NCBI GenBank assembly: GCA_963620745.1
Contig: CAVFBE010000065.1
Coordinates: 1-52,179 of the forward strand
Reading direction: 5' to 3'
Length of the DNA stretch: 52,179 nucleotides
Origin: Muribaculaceae bacterium
GTDB taxonomy: Bacteria > Bacillota > Clostridia > Oscillospirales > Acutalibacteraceae
Below the pieces are notes generated by a model. That model searched no databases. It saw only the letters and a program-made list of their open reading frames with translations, and was not told the DNA's origin. The position numbers were made by a program, and so were the translations under genes. Below are positions 10,526-18,996 of the stretch, piece by piece. Numbering within the stretch: the stretch's first letter is position 1; every line of letters begins with the position of its first letter.

Positions 10526-10777
10526 ATGTCCACTTTAGAAATGGTTTTAGCCATTGTTACCATCATTCTTGCCATTGCGGTTACCGTTGTTGTGCTTTTA
10601 CAGAAGAGCCGGGAAGCCGATGCTTCTGCTGTACAGGGCGGATCTTCCAACCAGTTCTTTGACAAGACTGCCGGCCATCAGAAGGATGACTTGCTTGCCA
10701 ATCTGACCAAGATTTTAGGCGGGCTGTTTTTCTTAGTTGCTCTGGCCACTGTTTTGGTAACGCTGTTTGTCAAATAA
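10526..10777 (+). CDS. secG: Preprotein translocase subunit SecG
   Basis: 83 aa from the ATG behind AGGAGG. Two TM helices with a QKS...GG loop (LLQKSREADASAVQGGSS), typical of SecG. The 5' extension to 10466 is rejected. Confidence 0.8.
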   Translation: MSTLEMVLAIVTIILAIAVTVVVLLQKSREADASAVQGGSSNQFFDKTAGHQKDDLLANLTKILGGLFFLVALATVLVTLFVK

Positions 10778-10791
10778 ACGAAATTATTTTG

Positions 10792-10815
10792 TTGTGCCCT
10801 GTTCCGGCAGGGCAC
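10792..10815 (+). terminator. Hairpin after secG
   Basis: TGTGCCCTG-TTCCGG-CAGGGCACA, a perfect 9-bp stem. The T-tract that follows is weak. Confidence 0.45.
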
Positions 10816-10832
10816 AATACTTTGCAAAATTC

Positions 10833-10861
10833 CTTGACTTTATGCCGCCGTTAAAGTATTA
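10833..10861 (+). promoter_or_regulatory. Putative promoter of tRNA-Lys
   Basis: TTGACT (10833-10838), 17-nt spacer, TATTAA (10856-10861). Confidence 0.45.
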
Positions 10862-10885
10862 TATACGGGCGCCAAAAAATTATAT

Positions 10886-10961
10886 GACTCATTAGCTCAG
10901 TCGGTAGAGCACTTGACTTTTAATCAAGGTGTCCGGGGTTCGAATCCCCGATGGGTCACCA
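10886..10961 (+). tRNA. tRNA-Lys (anticodon UUU), CCA encoded
   Basis: Cloverleaf read by hand. Acceptor GACTCAT/ATGGGTC, anticodon arm CTTGA-CTTTTAA-TCAAG, T-loop GGTTCGAATCC, and a 3' ACCA. Confidence 0.93.
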
Positions 10962-10963
10962 AC

Positions 10964-10993
10964 AGACCTGAACCATACGGTTCAGGTCTTTTT
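10964..10993 (+). terminator. Rho-independent terminator after tRNA-Lys
   Basis: AGACCTGAACC-ATAC-GGTTCAGGTCT, an 11-bp stem followed by TTTT. Confidence 0.8.
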
Positions 10994-11090
10994 GCATTTT
11001 CGGCATTTTGTATATGTAAAAATAAAGTAAAACGGTAGCTTTTTCTGAACAAGTTCGTATAGAATGAAAATTAACAGGAGGTTTTGTATT

Positions 11091-11906
11091 ATGCCTACAA
11101 CTTATACACATTACAAATTTGCGCTGGAGGTCAGAGAAGCACTTCCAAAGGACATTCAGAAGATTACGGAGCGCCATCCGGATCTTTATTATATGGGCGC
11201 CATGGGACCGGATCTTTTGTTTTATTCCCTGCCGTCCATGCACACCTTTAAAATTTCTTCCTTAACGCACAGAAGAAGCGGAAAAGACTGGTTTTCCTTT
11301 ATGGGACAGCGTCTGTTAAACAGCAATATGGATGAACGCCAGCTGGCCTATATTTACGGCTTTCTGACCCATTACGCTGCGGACCGTGCCTGCCACGCGT
11401 ATATTAACCAGTGCGCAGATGAGGGGAAAGGTTCCCATTTCCTGATTGAAGCAGAATGGGACCGCTATTATCTGGTACGGGACGGCTTTGACCCGCTCCA
11501 CAAGAAACTGACGGATCATATTAAGATCAGTTGGAAAAACGCAAAAATGATTGCCGGATATTATCCTATGTTGACACCGGAGTGGATTTTTGCCTGCATG
11601 GTGGGCTCCCATATTCTGCTGGATGGTCTGGTTATGACTTCGGAAGTCAAACGGTTTGGACTACATCGCATAGCGGATTTAGCAGACAAGGTAGTTCCGG
11701 GTGCCGGAGATCAGTGCAAAGATATGGCAATTACCAAAGTGCCGGTAGCTTCGTGTCAGCCGGTTTGTCAGGAATTAGACCAAATGCTCTTCGGACAGGG
11801 GTTCCAGGATGCATTGGATTTCATAACGGGTTTTCTGGATACCATTCAGAATAACAAAGAGTGGGACCCTCGGTATGATATTAACTTTGAGGGCCTTGCC
11901 GAATAA
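11091..11906 (+). CDS. Zinc-dependent phospholipase C family protein (cytoplasmic; no signal peptide)
   Basis: The N-terminus MPTTYTHYKFA...YYMGAMGPDLLFY and the FLTHYAADRACH His/Asp-rich motifs resemble the Zn_dep_PLPC family. ATG 11091 lies behind AGGAGG. Confidence 0.65.
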   Translation: MPTTYTHYKFALEVREALPKDIQKITERHPDLYYMGAMGPDLLFYSLPSMHTFKISSLTHRRSGKDWFSFMGQRLLNSNMDERQLAYIYGFLTHYAADRACHAYINQCADEGKGSHFLIEAEWDRYYLVRDGFDPLHKKLTDHIKISWKNAKMIAGYYPMLTPEWIFACMVGSHILLDGLVMTSEVKRFGLHRIADLADKVVPGAGDQCKDMAITKVPVASCQPVCQELDQMLFGQGFQDALDFITGFLDTIQNNKEWDPRYDINFEGLAE

Positions 11907-11924
11907 CGGAAAGGGGTTTCCTTT

Positions 11925-13199
11925 ATGAGTAAGCCGAAAGAAGGTAAGTTAACCAAGCTGGAAAAAAACTGGATTTTGTATGACGTTGCCAATTCTGCCT
12001 ATGTCATGTTTGCCTGCACGCTGATTCCCATCTTTTTTGACTTAATCAGCCAAGACGCAGGGCTTTCCGAACATCAGTACCTGGCATATTGGTCCTATGC
12101 TGCCTCTATTGCCACCGTCTTGTCCATGTTTGCCGGTCCGTTCTTTGGGGCGCAGGCAGACAAAAAGGGGAAGAAGAAAGGTGTTTTCCTGGGCACCCTG
12201 ATTGCAGGGTGCATTGCATGTGCTGTTTGCGGATTCTCTTATCACTGGGTGTTATTCCTTTGCATTTTCATTTTGGGAAAAGTAGCGTTCAACATCAGCC
12301 TTGTGGTGTATGACTCCATGTTGGGGGATATTACCGATGACAGCCGCGTGGATGAAGTTTCTTCCCACGGTTATGCCTGGGGCTATATTGGCAGCTGCAT
12401 TCCATTTGTTGTCTGTTTGGTAATCTATGTACTTGCCATGCTGGAAGTGGTTCCCATCAGCGAAGAAATTGCCATTTCCATCGGCTTTATTCTGACCGCC
12501 ATCTGGTGGTTTGCGGTATCTATGCCGCTGTATAAGACCTATCAGCAAAAGAACTACATTTCCACGGAAGAGGCCAAAAAGGAGGCCAACCTGTTCACCC
12601 AGGTGGGTCATAGTATTAAAGAGGCAGCCAAGGACCGTAAAATTCTGCTGTTCTTAATTGCCTTCTTCTTCTACATTGATGGCGTCTATACCATTATTGA
12701 AGAAGCTACTGCTTTTGGTACATCCCTTGGACTGGATTCCATTGGTCTGCTGTCAGCGCTTCTGGTAACGCAGATTGTAGCTTTTCCAAGTGCCATTATC
12801 ATTGGAAAGCTGTCCAAGAAGTATTCTGTAGAAAAGCTGATTATAGTCTGCATTATTGCCTATTTCTGCGTCGGTGTGTATGCCATTTTCCTGCATACCT
12901 TAACCCAGTTCTGGATTCTGGCTTGTTGCGTTGGCATGTTTCAGGGCGGCGTGCAGGCACTGTCCCGTTCGTACTTTACCAAGATCATTCCGTCTGAAAA
13001 GTCCGGGGAGCTCTTTGGGCTCTATGATGTATTTGGCAAAGGCGCAACATTCCTGGGTACTTTCCTGGTTGGTGCTGTAACACAAGCCACCAGCAATCAG
13101 AATATTGGCGTTGCCGCCCTGACCATTTTCTTTGTAATTGGACTGGTTGTTTTCATCCTTTCTACAAAGCAGGAGGCTTCGTCCAAAGAAGAATCGTAA
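11925..13199 (+). CDS. MFS transporter, UMF1/Atg22-like family
   Basis: 424 aa with about 12 predicted TM helices. The N-terminus KLEKNWILYDVANSAYVMF is typical of UMF1-family MFS proteins. Confidence 0.75.
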   Translation: MSKPKEGKLTKLEKNWILYDVANSAYVMFACTLIPIFFDLISQDAGLSEHQYLAYWSYAASIATVLSMFAGPFFGAQADKKGKKKGVFLGTLIAGCIACAVCGFSYHWVLFLCIFILGKVAFNISLVVYDSMLGDITDDSRVDEVSSHGYAWGYIGSCIPFVVCLVIYVLAMLEVVPISEEIAISIGFILTAIWWFAVSMPLYKTYQQKNYISTEEAKKEANLFTQVGHSIKEAAKDRKILLFLIAFFFYIDGVYTIIEEATAFGTSLGLDSIGLLSALLVTQIVAFPSAIIIGKLSKKYSVEKLIIVCIIAYFCVGVYAIFLHTLTQFWILACCVGMFQGGVQALSRSYFTKIIPSEKSGELFGLYDVFGKGATFLGTFLVGAVTQATSNQNIGVAALTIFFVIGLVVFILSTKQEASSKEES

Positions 13200-13292
13200 A
13201 AACCTTCCTTTTTTCTGCGATTCAGCTTGTTCCTTTCCGGTCAGACTGTTACAATAGGGCATATTTTTGGAATTCCCAAGGAGAACAAGCCC

Positions 13293-13805
13293 ATGAACAA
13301 TATTATTCTGATTGGTATGCCAGGCTGTGGTAAAAGCACGCTTGGAGTACTTCTGGCTAAAAACCTGGCCTATCATTTTGTGGATTCAGACCTGCTGATT
13401 CAGCAAAAGGCCGGGAAAAAACTGCAGGACATTCTGGACCAGGACGGAACAGACGCTTTTGGAAAGCTGGAAAATGAAGTCAATCTGAACCTGGATATTC
13501 AGAATACGGTGCTGGCCACCGGTGGCTCTGCTGTTTACTGGGAAGAATCCATGCAGCATTTAAAATCCATCGGGCTGGTTGTTTATATCCAGGTTCCGTA
13601 TGAAGAGCTGAAAAGCAGAATTACCAATATGGATTCCCGCGGCATTGTCATTCCGGAAGGCAAAACCTTTCGGGACCTTTATGAAGAACGGGAAGTCCTG
13701 TATTTGAAATATGCAGACCTTGTTTTAAATGAACAGGACGGGCAAGATTTATGGACCAATTGCTGCCGTGTAACAGACGCAATTCGTGCCTATGAAAATA
13801 AATAA
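13293..13805 (+). CDS. aroK: Shikimate kinase
   Basis: 170 aa from the ATG behind AAGGAG. P-loop GMPGCGKSTLG, the FVDSDLLIQ motif, and ATGGSAV. Confidence 0.8.
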   Translation: MNNIILIGMPGCGKSTLGVLLAKNLAYHFVDSDLLIQQKAGKKLQDILDQDGTDAFGKLENEVNLNLDIQNTVLATGGSAVYWEESMQHLKSIGLVVYIQVPYEELKSRITNMDSRGIVIPEGKTFRDLYEEREVLYLKYADLVLNEQDGQDLWTNCCRVTDAIRAYENK

Positions 13806-13820
13806 AAAGAAGGCTTCAAA

Positions 13821-15206
13821 ATGAAACAAGTAAAACGAGTTATGGCTGTTGTCCTGTCGTTGGTTATGGCCGCAGTGCTTTTTTGCCTTCCGGCCTCTGC
13901 CGCGGGCAAGAAGAACTATGATAAGTACAAAGTTTATACGGTCATTGGAGACTCGGTTGCCACGGGATACGGGGAACTGAGCAACAATGAAAACTGCTCT
14001 TATATGCGGCTAAAGGGTGCTTACAGTGACCTGGTTGCCAAACGTCTGGGAAACATTAAACTGAACCCGAAAGCGGTTAACGGAGAACGCACCGTAGAAG
14101 TTCGGTATCTTCTGGATGAAACCTACAAAGGAGATGCCTACTTGGGCAAGTACAGTAATTCCGTACAAACCCTGGACGAAAAAGACCGTGCCAGTTACAT
14201 CAAAGCAATTAAAGAAGCGGACGTTATTTCCATTGGTCTTTGCTCCAATGATATTTTTACTATCCCAGCAGACGTTCTGAGGGACCGCATGAGTGATTTC
14301 ACCGACACCTGGGACAAGGCCAAGGACAATGAAATTACGGAACTGCTGTTGCAGAACAGAGTGTTTGAAGCTATGGAACGCCTGTTCTATTATGCCGGGG
14401 CAGCCGGAGTGTTAAGCCTTGCTGTGCCGGAGTTCATGAAGAACATGATGGTTGGCCTGGAGCAGTTCAAAATTAACTATAATGTCATTACAGATAAAAT
14501 TTATGAGCTGAATCCGGATGCTACCGTCATGGTTATGAGCATGTGCAGTCCCATGGGCAAAATGCCGCTGTATAAGGGCGGAAAGGAACTGGGTTCTGTC
14601 ATTAATGGCGGAACAGAGCTGATCAACCAGTATCTGAAATCCGGTTGTAAGAATGCCTATAAATACACCTATGTAGACGAAATGGACATTGATTCTCCGT
14701 ATCAGAACTTTGATTCCCTGATTGACTATGCCCTGGCAGACAAAGGAGACAACTATCCTGACGTAAACCATCCAAACGCTTCCGGGCACAAATATATTGC
14801 TGACCAGTTTATGGCAGCACTGCCGGAGACCCAATTCATTGACATTGCGGACGCCAAGAATTATGACGCTATTGTCCGCCTGTATAACGCAGGCATTATG
14901 ATCGGCGATGGAGCGGTAAACTTTAATCCGGACACTGAAGTAACCGGGAAGCAATTGGCGTATGCGCTGTATCGCCTGGCAGGAAACAAAAAAGGTTCCT
15001 ACACGGATGTTAAGAAGTGGTGCACCAAGAACAACATCCTTGATCTTGGTAAGGTAGAAAACACCAAGTTGACAGAAACGCAGGTTGCTGCGGCCATAAA
15101 GGCTTTTGCCAAGAAGACAGGGAACAAGACCTGTTATTCTTCCAAAGGCACCTCTACGGTCACCAGAGACACTCTGGCAGGCATCCTGGTTAAGTATTTG
15201 AAGTAA
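13821..15206 (+). CDS. Secreted SGNH/GDSL-family hydrolase with a C-terminal SLH-like cell-wall anchoring domain
   Basis: Signal peptide MKQVKRVMAVVLSLVMAAVLFCLPASA, GDS block VIGDSVATGYG, and a late HPNASGH block (catalytic His). The C-terminal FIDIADAKNYDAIVRLYNAGIMIGDGAVNFNPDTEVTGKQLAYALYRL matches the SLH consensus. Confidence 0.75.
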   Translation: MKQVKRVMAVVLSLVMAAVLFCLPASAAGKKNYDKYKVYTVIGDSVATGYGELSNNENCSYMRLKGAYSDLVAKRLGNIKLNPKAVNGERTVEVRYLLDETYKGDAYLGKYSNSVQTLDEKDRASYIKAIKEADVISIGLCSNDIFTIPADVLRDRMSDFTDTWDKAKDNEITELLLQNRVFEAMERLFYYAGAAGVLSLAVPEFMKNMMVGLEQFKINYNVITDKIYELNPDATVMVMSMCSPMGKMPLYKGGKELGSVINGGTELINQYLKSGCKNAYKYTYVDEMDIDSPYQNFDSLIDYALADKGDNYPDVNHPNASGHKYIADQFMAALPETQFIDIADAKNYDAIVRLYNAGIMIGDGAVNFNPDTEVTGKQLAYALYRLAGNKKGSYTDVKKWCTKNNILDLGKVENTKLTETQVAAAIKAFAKKTGNKTCYSSKGTSTVTRDTLAGILVKYLK

Positions 15207-15253
15207 ACCTGGTTTTAGCCGCACACGGGCTGACATAACAATAAACAAAGAAA

Positions 15254-15290
15254 ACCTGCTGACAGGGAATCCTGTTCAGCAGGTTTTTTT
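15254..15290. terminator. Bidirectional terminator between the SGNH hydrolase gene (+) and guaB (-)
   Basis: Stem ACCTGCTGACAGG / CCTGTTCAGCAGGT with one bulge. It is flanked by an A-run on the 5' side and TTTTTT on the 3' side. Confidence 0.75.
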
Positions 15291-15323
15291 GTTTGCTTTA
15301 AGAAGCTTGTTTTAAGCTTACCC

Positions 15324-16823
15324 TTATTTGCTGAAGTTGTCTTTCAGCATAACGTCGTGGGAGCCGCCTTCTACAATGGAAACTTCGGAAACCAGCGTCA
15401 GCTTGGCTTTTTCCCGCAGTTCCGGAAGGGTGAGGGCACCACAGTTGCACATGGTGGAACGTACCTTGTACAGGGAAGCAGTAACACCGTCCTGTAGGGA
15501 TCCGGCATACGGAACGTAAGAGTCAACGCCTTCTTCAAAGGCAAGCTTTGTGGCGCCGCCAAGGTCATATCTGGCCCAGTTTCTGGCACGGTTTGAACCT
15601 TCGCCCCAGTACTCTTTCATGTAATTGCCGTTGATGCGAACCAGTTCGGTTGGGGATTCATCAAAGCGGGAGAAGTAGCGTCCTAACATCAGGAAGTCAG
15701 CACCCATGGCAAGGGCAAGGGTCATGTGATAGTCATGAACAATACCGCCGTCAGAGCAAACCGGAACATAAATGCCGGTTTCCTTGTAGTACTTATCCCG
15801 TTCCTTGCAAACGTCAATCAGAGCGGTGGCCTGGCCGCGGCCAATGCCCTTGGTTTCTCTGGTAATGCAAATGGAACCGCCGCCGATTCCGACTTTAACA
15901 AAGTCAGCACCGCAGTCCGCAAGGAAGCGGAAGCCTTCAGCATCTACTACGTTGCCGGCACCAATGCGTACCGTGTCACCGTAGGTTTCGCGTACCCAGC
16001 GGATGGTTCTTTGCTGCCATTCGGAGTAGCCTTCAGAGGAGTCAATGCAAAGCACATCCGCACCGGCTTCCAGCAGGGCAGGAACGCGTTCAGCGTAGTC
16101 TCTGGTGTTGATTCCGGCGCCGACTACATAAGACTTGTGTTCGTCCAGCAGTTCCAGCTTGTTTTCTTTATGGGATTCATAGTCTTTCCGGAAGACTAAG
16201 TAGCTTAAGTGGTCATGTTCATCTACTAAGGGGAGCGCATTCAGCTTGTTGTCCCAAATAATGTCATTGGCAAGCTTTAAAGAGGTGGTATCCGGCGCCG
16301 TAATCAGTTTTTCTCTTGGCGTCATGAATTCCTTAATTTTGGTGCTTGGATCCATTCGGCTGACACGGTAGTCTTTGCTGCCGACAATGCCGAGCAGAAG
16401 ACCGTTTGCGGTGCCGTCATCGGTAATGGCAACGGTGCTGTGTCCGGTTTTTGCTTTTAGGTCAAGGACGTCAGCCAGGCAGTCTTCCGGTGTCAGATTG
16501 CAGGTGGAAACAACAAAGCCCTTCTTGTAGCTTTTAACGCGGGCTACCATGGCAGCTTCATCAGCAATGCTCTGGGAACCGTAAATGAAGGAAATACCGC
16601 CTTCTTTGGCAAGGGCAATTGCCATTTTGTCATCGGAAACAGACTGCATGATGGCGGAAACCATAGGGATGTTCAGCGTAATGGCTGAGGTTTCTCCCTT
16701 CTTAAAACGTACCAGCGGAGTCTTCAGGTCAACTGCATCCGGAATGCACTGAGAAGAAGAATACCCCGGGACAAGTAAGTATTCACCAAAGGTATGAGAT
16801 GGTTCCGGGAAAAAATATGCCAT
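15324..16823 (-). CDS. guaB: IMP dehydrogenase (with a CBS subdomain)
   Basis: 499 aa. Catalytic loop [12 protein letters not shown], the CBS pair region, and [21 protein letters not shown]. Confidence 0.9.
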   Translation of the reverse strand: MAYFFPEPSHTFGEYLLVPGYSSSQCIPDAVDLKTPLVRFKKGETSAITLNIPMVSAIMQSVSDDKMAIALAKEGGISFIYGSQSIADEAAMVARVKSYKKGFVVSTCNLTPEDCLADVLDLKAKTGHSTVAITDDGTANGLLLGIVGSKDYRVSRMDPSTKIKEFMTPREKLITAPDTTSLKLANDIIWDNKLNALPLVDEHDHLSYLVFRKDYESHKENKLELLDEHKSYVVGAGINTRDYAERVPALLEAGADVLCIDSSEGYSEWQQRTIRWVRETYGDTVRIGAGNVVDAEGFRFLADCGADFVKVGIGGGSICITRETKGIGRGQATALIDVCKERDKYYKETGIYVPVCSDGGIVHDYHMTLALAMGADFLMLGRYFSRFDESPTELVRINGNYMKEYWGEGSNRARNWARYDLGGATKLAFEEGVDSYVPYAGSLQDGVTASLYKVRSTMCNCGALTLPELREKAKLTLVSEVSIVEGGSHDVMLKDNFSK

Positions 16824-16868
16824 AATAACACGCTCCTTTTGCTTTTGTTCTTCAAGTTATTTTTTCTT

Positions 16869-16896
16869 ATTTTAAAGATTTCTAAGGGAAAGTCAA
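16869..16896 (-). promoter_or_regulatory. Putative guaB promoter
   Basis: On the minus strand: TTGACT (16896-16891), 16-nt spacer, TAAAAT (16874-16869). Confidence 0.5.
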
Positions 16897-16910
16897 TGAC
16901 TTCCGGGAAA

Positions 16911-16944
16911 GAAAAGAGACGGATTTTACTCCGTCTCTTTTTTT
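16911..16944 (-). terminator. Rho-independent terminator of the nfeD-foldase operon
   Basis: Stem AAGAGACGG / CCGTCTCTT with an 8-nt loop, flanked by T/A runs on both sides. Lies immediately downstream of the stop at 16948. Confidence 0.7.
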
Positions 16945-16947
16945 ATA

Positions 16948-18945
16948 TTAAGAAGCAGTGGAAGAGGAGGCAGACATGTTTGCCAGCGTCTTCTGTGCAT
17001 AGCGGTTTTCGCGGCGGCGAACCAGGCTGATGCAGTGCTTGGATTTAATCTGATATTCATCTGCATCGGCAGCGGAATCATAGAAGTCATTGTAGGCTTC
17101 TTCACCAAGCGTGCTACGGATGGTTGTCTTCCACTGCGGTTCCGTGGCTACGGAAACACAATACATAATGTGATAACCATATTCGGTCTTAATGATACCA
17201 CTGTCTCCGGCCTTTCTGCCGTCTGCAAAGCACCAGTCAAGGAATTCCTGAACATAGCTGGAAGACGGGGTAATGTCTTCGTACAGGCCTTCGTTGTCGG
17301 ATACGCCGGAGTCTTCGGAGTGGGCAACAACCAGTTCCTTGAAGCTGTCATCCGTGGCGTCTCCGTCTTTCCATTCCTGGTAATACTTTTCTGCCAGCTC
17401 TTTGGCTTCTGCGTCCGTATGCGTGGTGGTGGAGCTGTCATCCGAAGAGGAGTCAGAGGAGGAGTCAGAGTCGGAAGAATCATCGTCATCCGATACCTGA
17501 ATCAGCAGGTGGCGAACGGTAACCGGATAAACATCCTTCAGACTTGGCTGCTCGGTAACCAGAATGGCGTAATAGGTTGCCAGACCGGTGGTATCCGAAA
17601 CCTTGGTGAAGAGCTTCTTATCTCCGGCAGAGGCCTCATTTTCAATCCATTCGGTTGCTTCATCCGTGAAGTAAGACTTCAGGGTGGATTCATTGGCATC
17701 CGTCAGGGTGGAGTAGGAGTCGTTGTCCTGGTAGTAGGACTTGTAGGCTTCATCTACTACATCATAAACCTTGCTGGTCCAGTTGCTGTCGTCTGCTTCG
17801 GCGAGGAAAGCTTCGGCTTTTGCTTTGGCTTCTTCATTGGCTGCCGTAATTTCTTCCTCCGTTGCATTTTCGGTGTCATCTACGGAAGCACTGAAGTTGT
17901 AATACCGCAGGGAAGCGGTTTCATATTCTGCTTTGTTTTCAGACAGGTAAGTGTTAATTTCATCATCTGTTACGTCGGCAGAATACTGTTCCTTCTTGTC
18001 ATCGGAATAATCGGAAGCCAGCGTTTGTTTGATATAAATTTCCTGCAGTAACGCTTTGTTCATTCCTTTGCCGTAGTTGTTGCGGATGTAGGCATCCAGG
18101 GAATATTCATTTTCTTCGGCGTTACTCTTCAGTTCATCAAAGAATTCATTCATTTCGGTGGTTTCGTCATCCGTCATTTCATAACCGGCATCTACTGCCT
18201 GTTCATAAAGAGCAGTGTACAGCTGTGCGGTTTCAACCGCAGCCTGGCAGAAATAATCGTCCCAGGTGGCTTTGTCACCCTTGATGTATTCATCGTCTAC
18301 CTGGAAGTCATCCGAGGTGGAAGAGGAGTCAGAGCTGGAATCAGAATCCGAGCTGGAGCTTGGCAGTTCCTGATCTGCAGGGGCTTTGGTATAGTCAAAG
18401 CCGGTCAGGGAAGCACCCGCTCCGGTGCCGTAATAGGATGAGTAATAGGACTCATACTGATAGGACATGTTGTAGTAATAGTTGTACATGGAGCGGTAGT
18501 AGTATTCATATTCGGCAACGGATATTTTACTGCCGTCCTGCAGCTTGATGGCGGTAGTATGGCGGTCATAAACACCAAAGTAGCCTAAGAAGAAGAGCAC
18601 CAGGGCAAGAACTACAGCAGCAATTGGCGTAATAACACGAATCCGTTTCTGCTTTTTGGTCAGATCTTTTCGCTTTCTGGCTTTTTCTTCCTGTCTCTTT
18701 TGAGACTTTTCCATGTCCGCTTTTCTTTTTAAGCGGGCTTCTTCTGCCTTGGAAACGCCACCGGGAGCAATGTCATGCATTTCTTTCTTGGCCCGTTCTT
18801 TTTGCAGCTTTTCCTTGGCTTTTTCTGCTTTCTTTTCCGCTTTGGCGGCAGCCTTTGCTTCTTTTGCAGCAGCCTTGGCGTCCTTATCGGAAACCGCTTT
18901 GTCTGCGCCGTTTTCGGCAGGGGTTACTTTCTTTTCTTCATCCAT
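16948..18945 (-). CDS. Membrane-anchored parvulin-type peptidyl-prolyl isomerase (PrsA/SurA-like foldase) with a Lys-rich cytoplasmic tail and Ser/Asp-rich inserts
   Basis: 665 aa. Residues about 1-100 are K/A/E-rich, followed by one TM helix (VITPIAAVVLALVLFFLGYFGVY). The C-terminal PpiC domain reads VRHLLIQV...FKELVVAHSEDSG...GLYEDI...FLDWCF...GDSGIIKTEYGYHIMY. RBS GGAGGA. Confidence 0.75.
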   Translation of the reverse strand: MDEEKKVTPAENGADKAVSDKDAKAAAKEAKAAAKAEKKAEKAKEKLQKERAKKEMHDIAPGGVSKAEEARLKRKADMEKSQKRQEEKARKRKDLTKKQKRIRVITPIAAVVLALVLFFLGYFGVYDRHTTAIKLQDGSKISVAEYEYYYRSMYNYYYNMSYQYESYYSSYYGTGAGASLTGFDYTKAPADQELPSSSSDSDSSSDSSSTSDDFQVDDEYIKGDKATWDDYFCQAAVETAQLYTALYEQAVDAGYEMTDDETTEMNEFFDELKSNAEENEYSLDAYIRNNYGKGMNKALLQEIYIKQTLASDYSDDKKEQYSADVTDDEINTYLSENKAEYETASLRYYNFSASVDDTENATEEEITAANEEAKAKAEAFLAEADDSNWTSKVYDVVDEAYKSYYQDNDSYSTLTDANESTLKSYFTDEATEWIENEASAGDKKLFTKVSDTTGLATYYAILVTEQPSLKDVYPVTVRHLLIQVSDDDDSSDSDSSSDSSSDDSSTTTHTDAEAKELAEKYYQEWKDGDATDDSFKELVVAHSEDSGVSDNEGLYEDITPSSSYVQEFLDWCFADGRKAGDSGIIKTEYGYHIMYCVSVATEPQWKTTIRSTLGEEAYNDFYDSAADADEYQIKSKHCISLVRRRENRYAQKTLANMSASSSTAS
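17431..17490 (-). repeat. Ser/Asp-coding low-complexity tract inside the parvulin domain
   Basis: Encodes SDDDDSSDSDSSSDSSSDDSS directly after VRHLLIQV. Shares the 15-mer GAAGAGGAGTCAGAG (17444-17458) with the tract at 18308-18363. Confidence 0.8.
18308..18363 (-). repeat. Ser/Asp-coding low-complexity tract (first copy in the protein)
   Basis: Encodes PSSSSDSDSSSDSSSTSDD. Contains GAAGAGGAGTCAGAG at 18320-18334, exactly 876 nt (292 codons) from the copy at 17444. Confidence 0.8.
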
Positions 18946-18996
18946 AGGGAATGTCCTCCATAAGGGTTTTAAACTAACTTGCTTATTTTAGCGTAT

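Noticed and set aside
10886-15300. A possible genomic island integrated at tRNA-Lys. The same question was asked downstream of the tRNA-Thr cluster at 26909.
   Set aside because: There is no integrase or recombinase gene. I found no direct repeat of the tRNA 3' end downstream, and there is no clear compositional break.
16824-16947. A possible purine riboswitch or other leader element upstream of guaB.
   Set aside because: The region is only about 45 nt from the predicted -10 to the RBS. No conserved purine-riboswitch core or alternative hairpins are visible. The hairpin at 16911-16944 is the terminator of the upstream operon.
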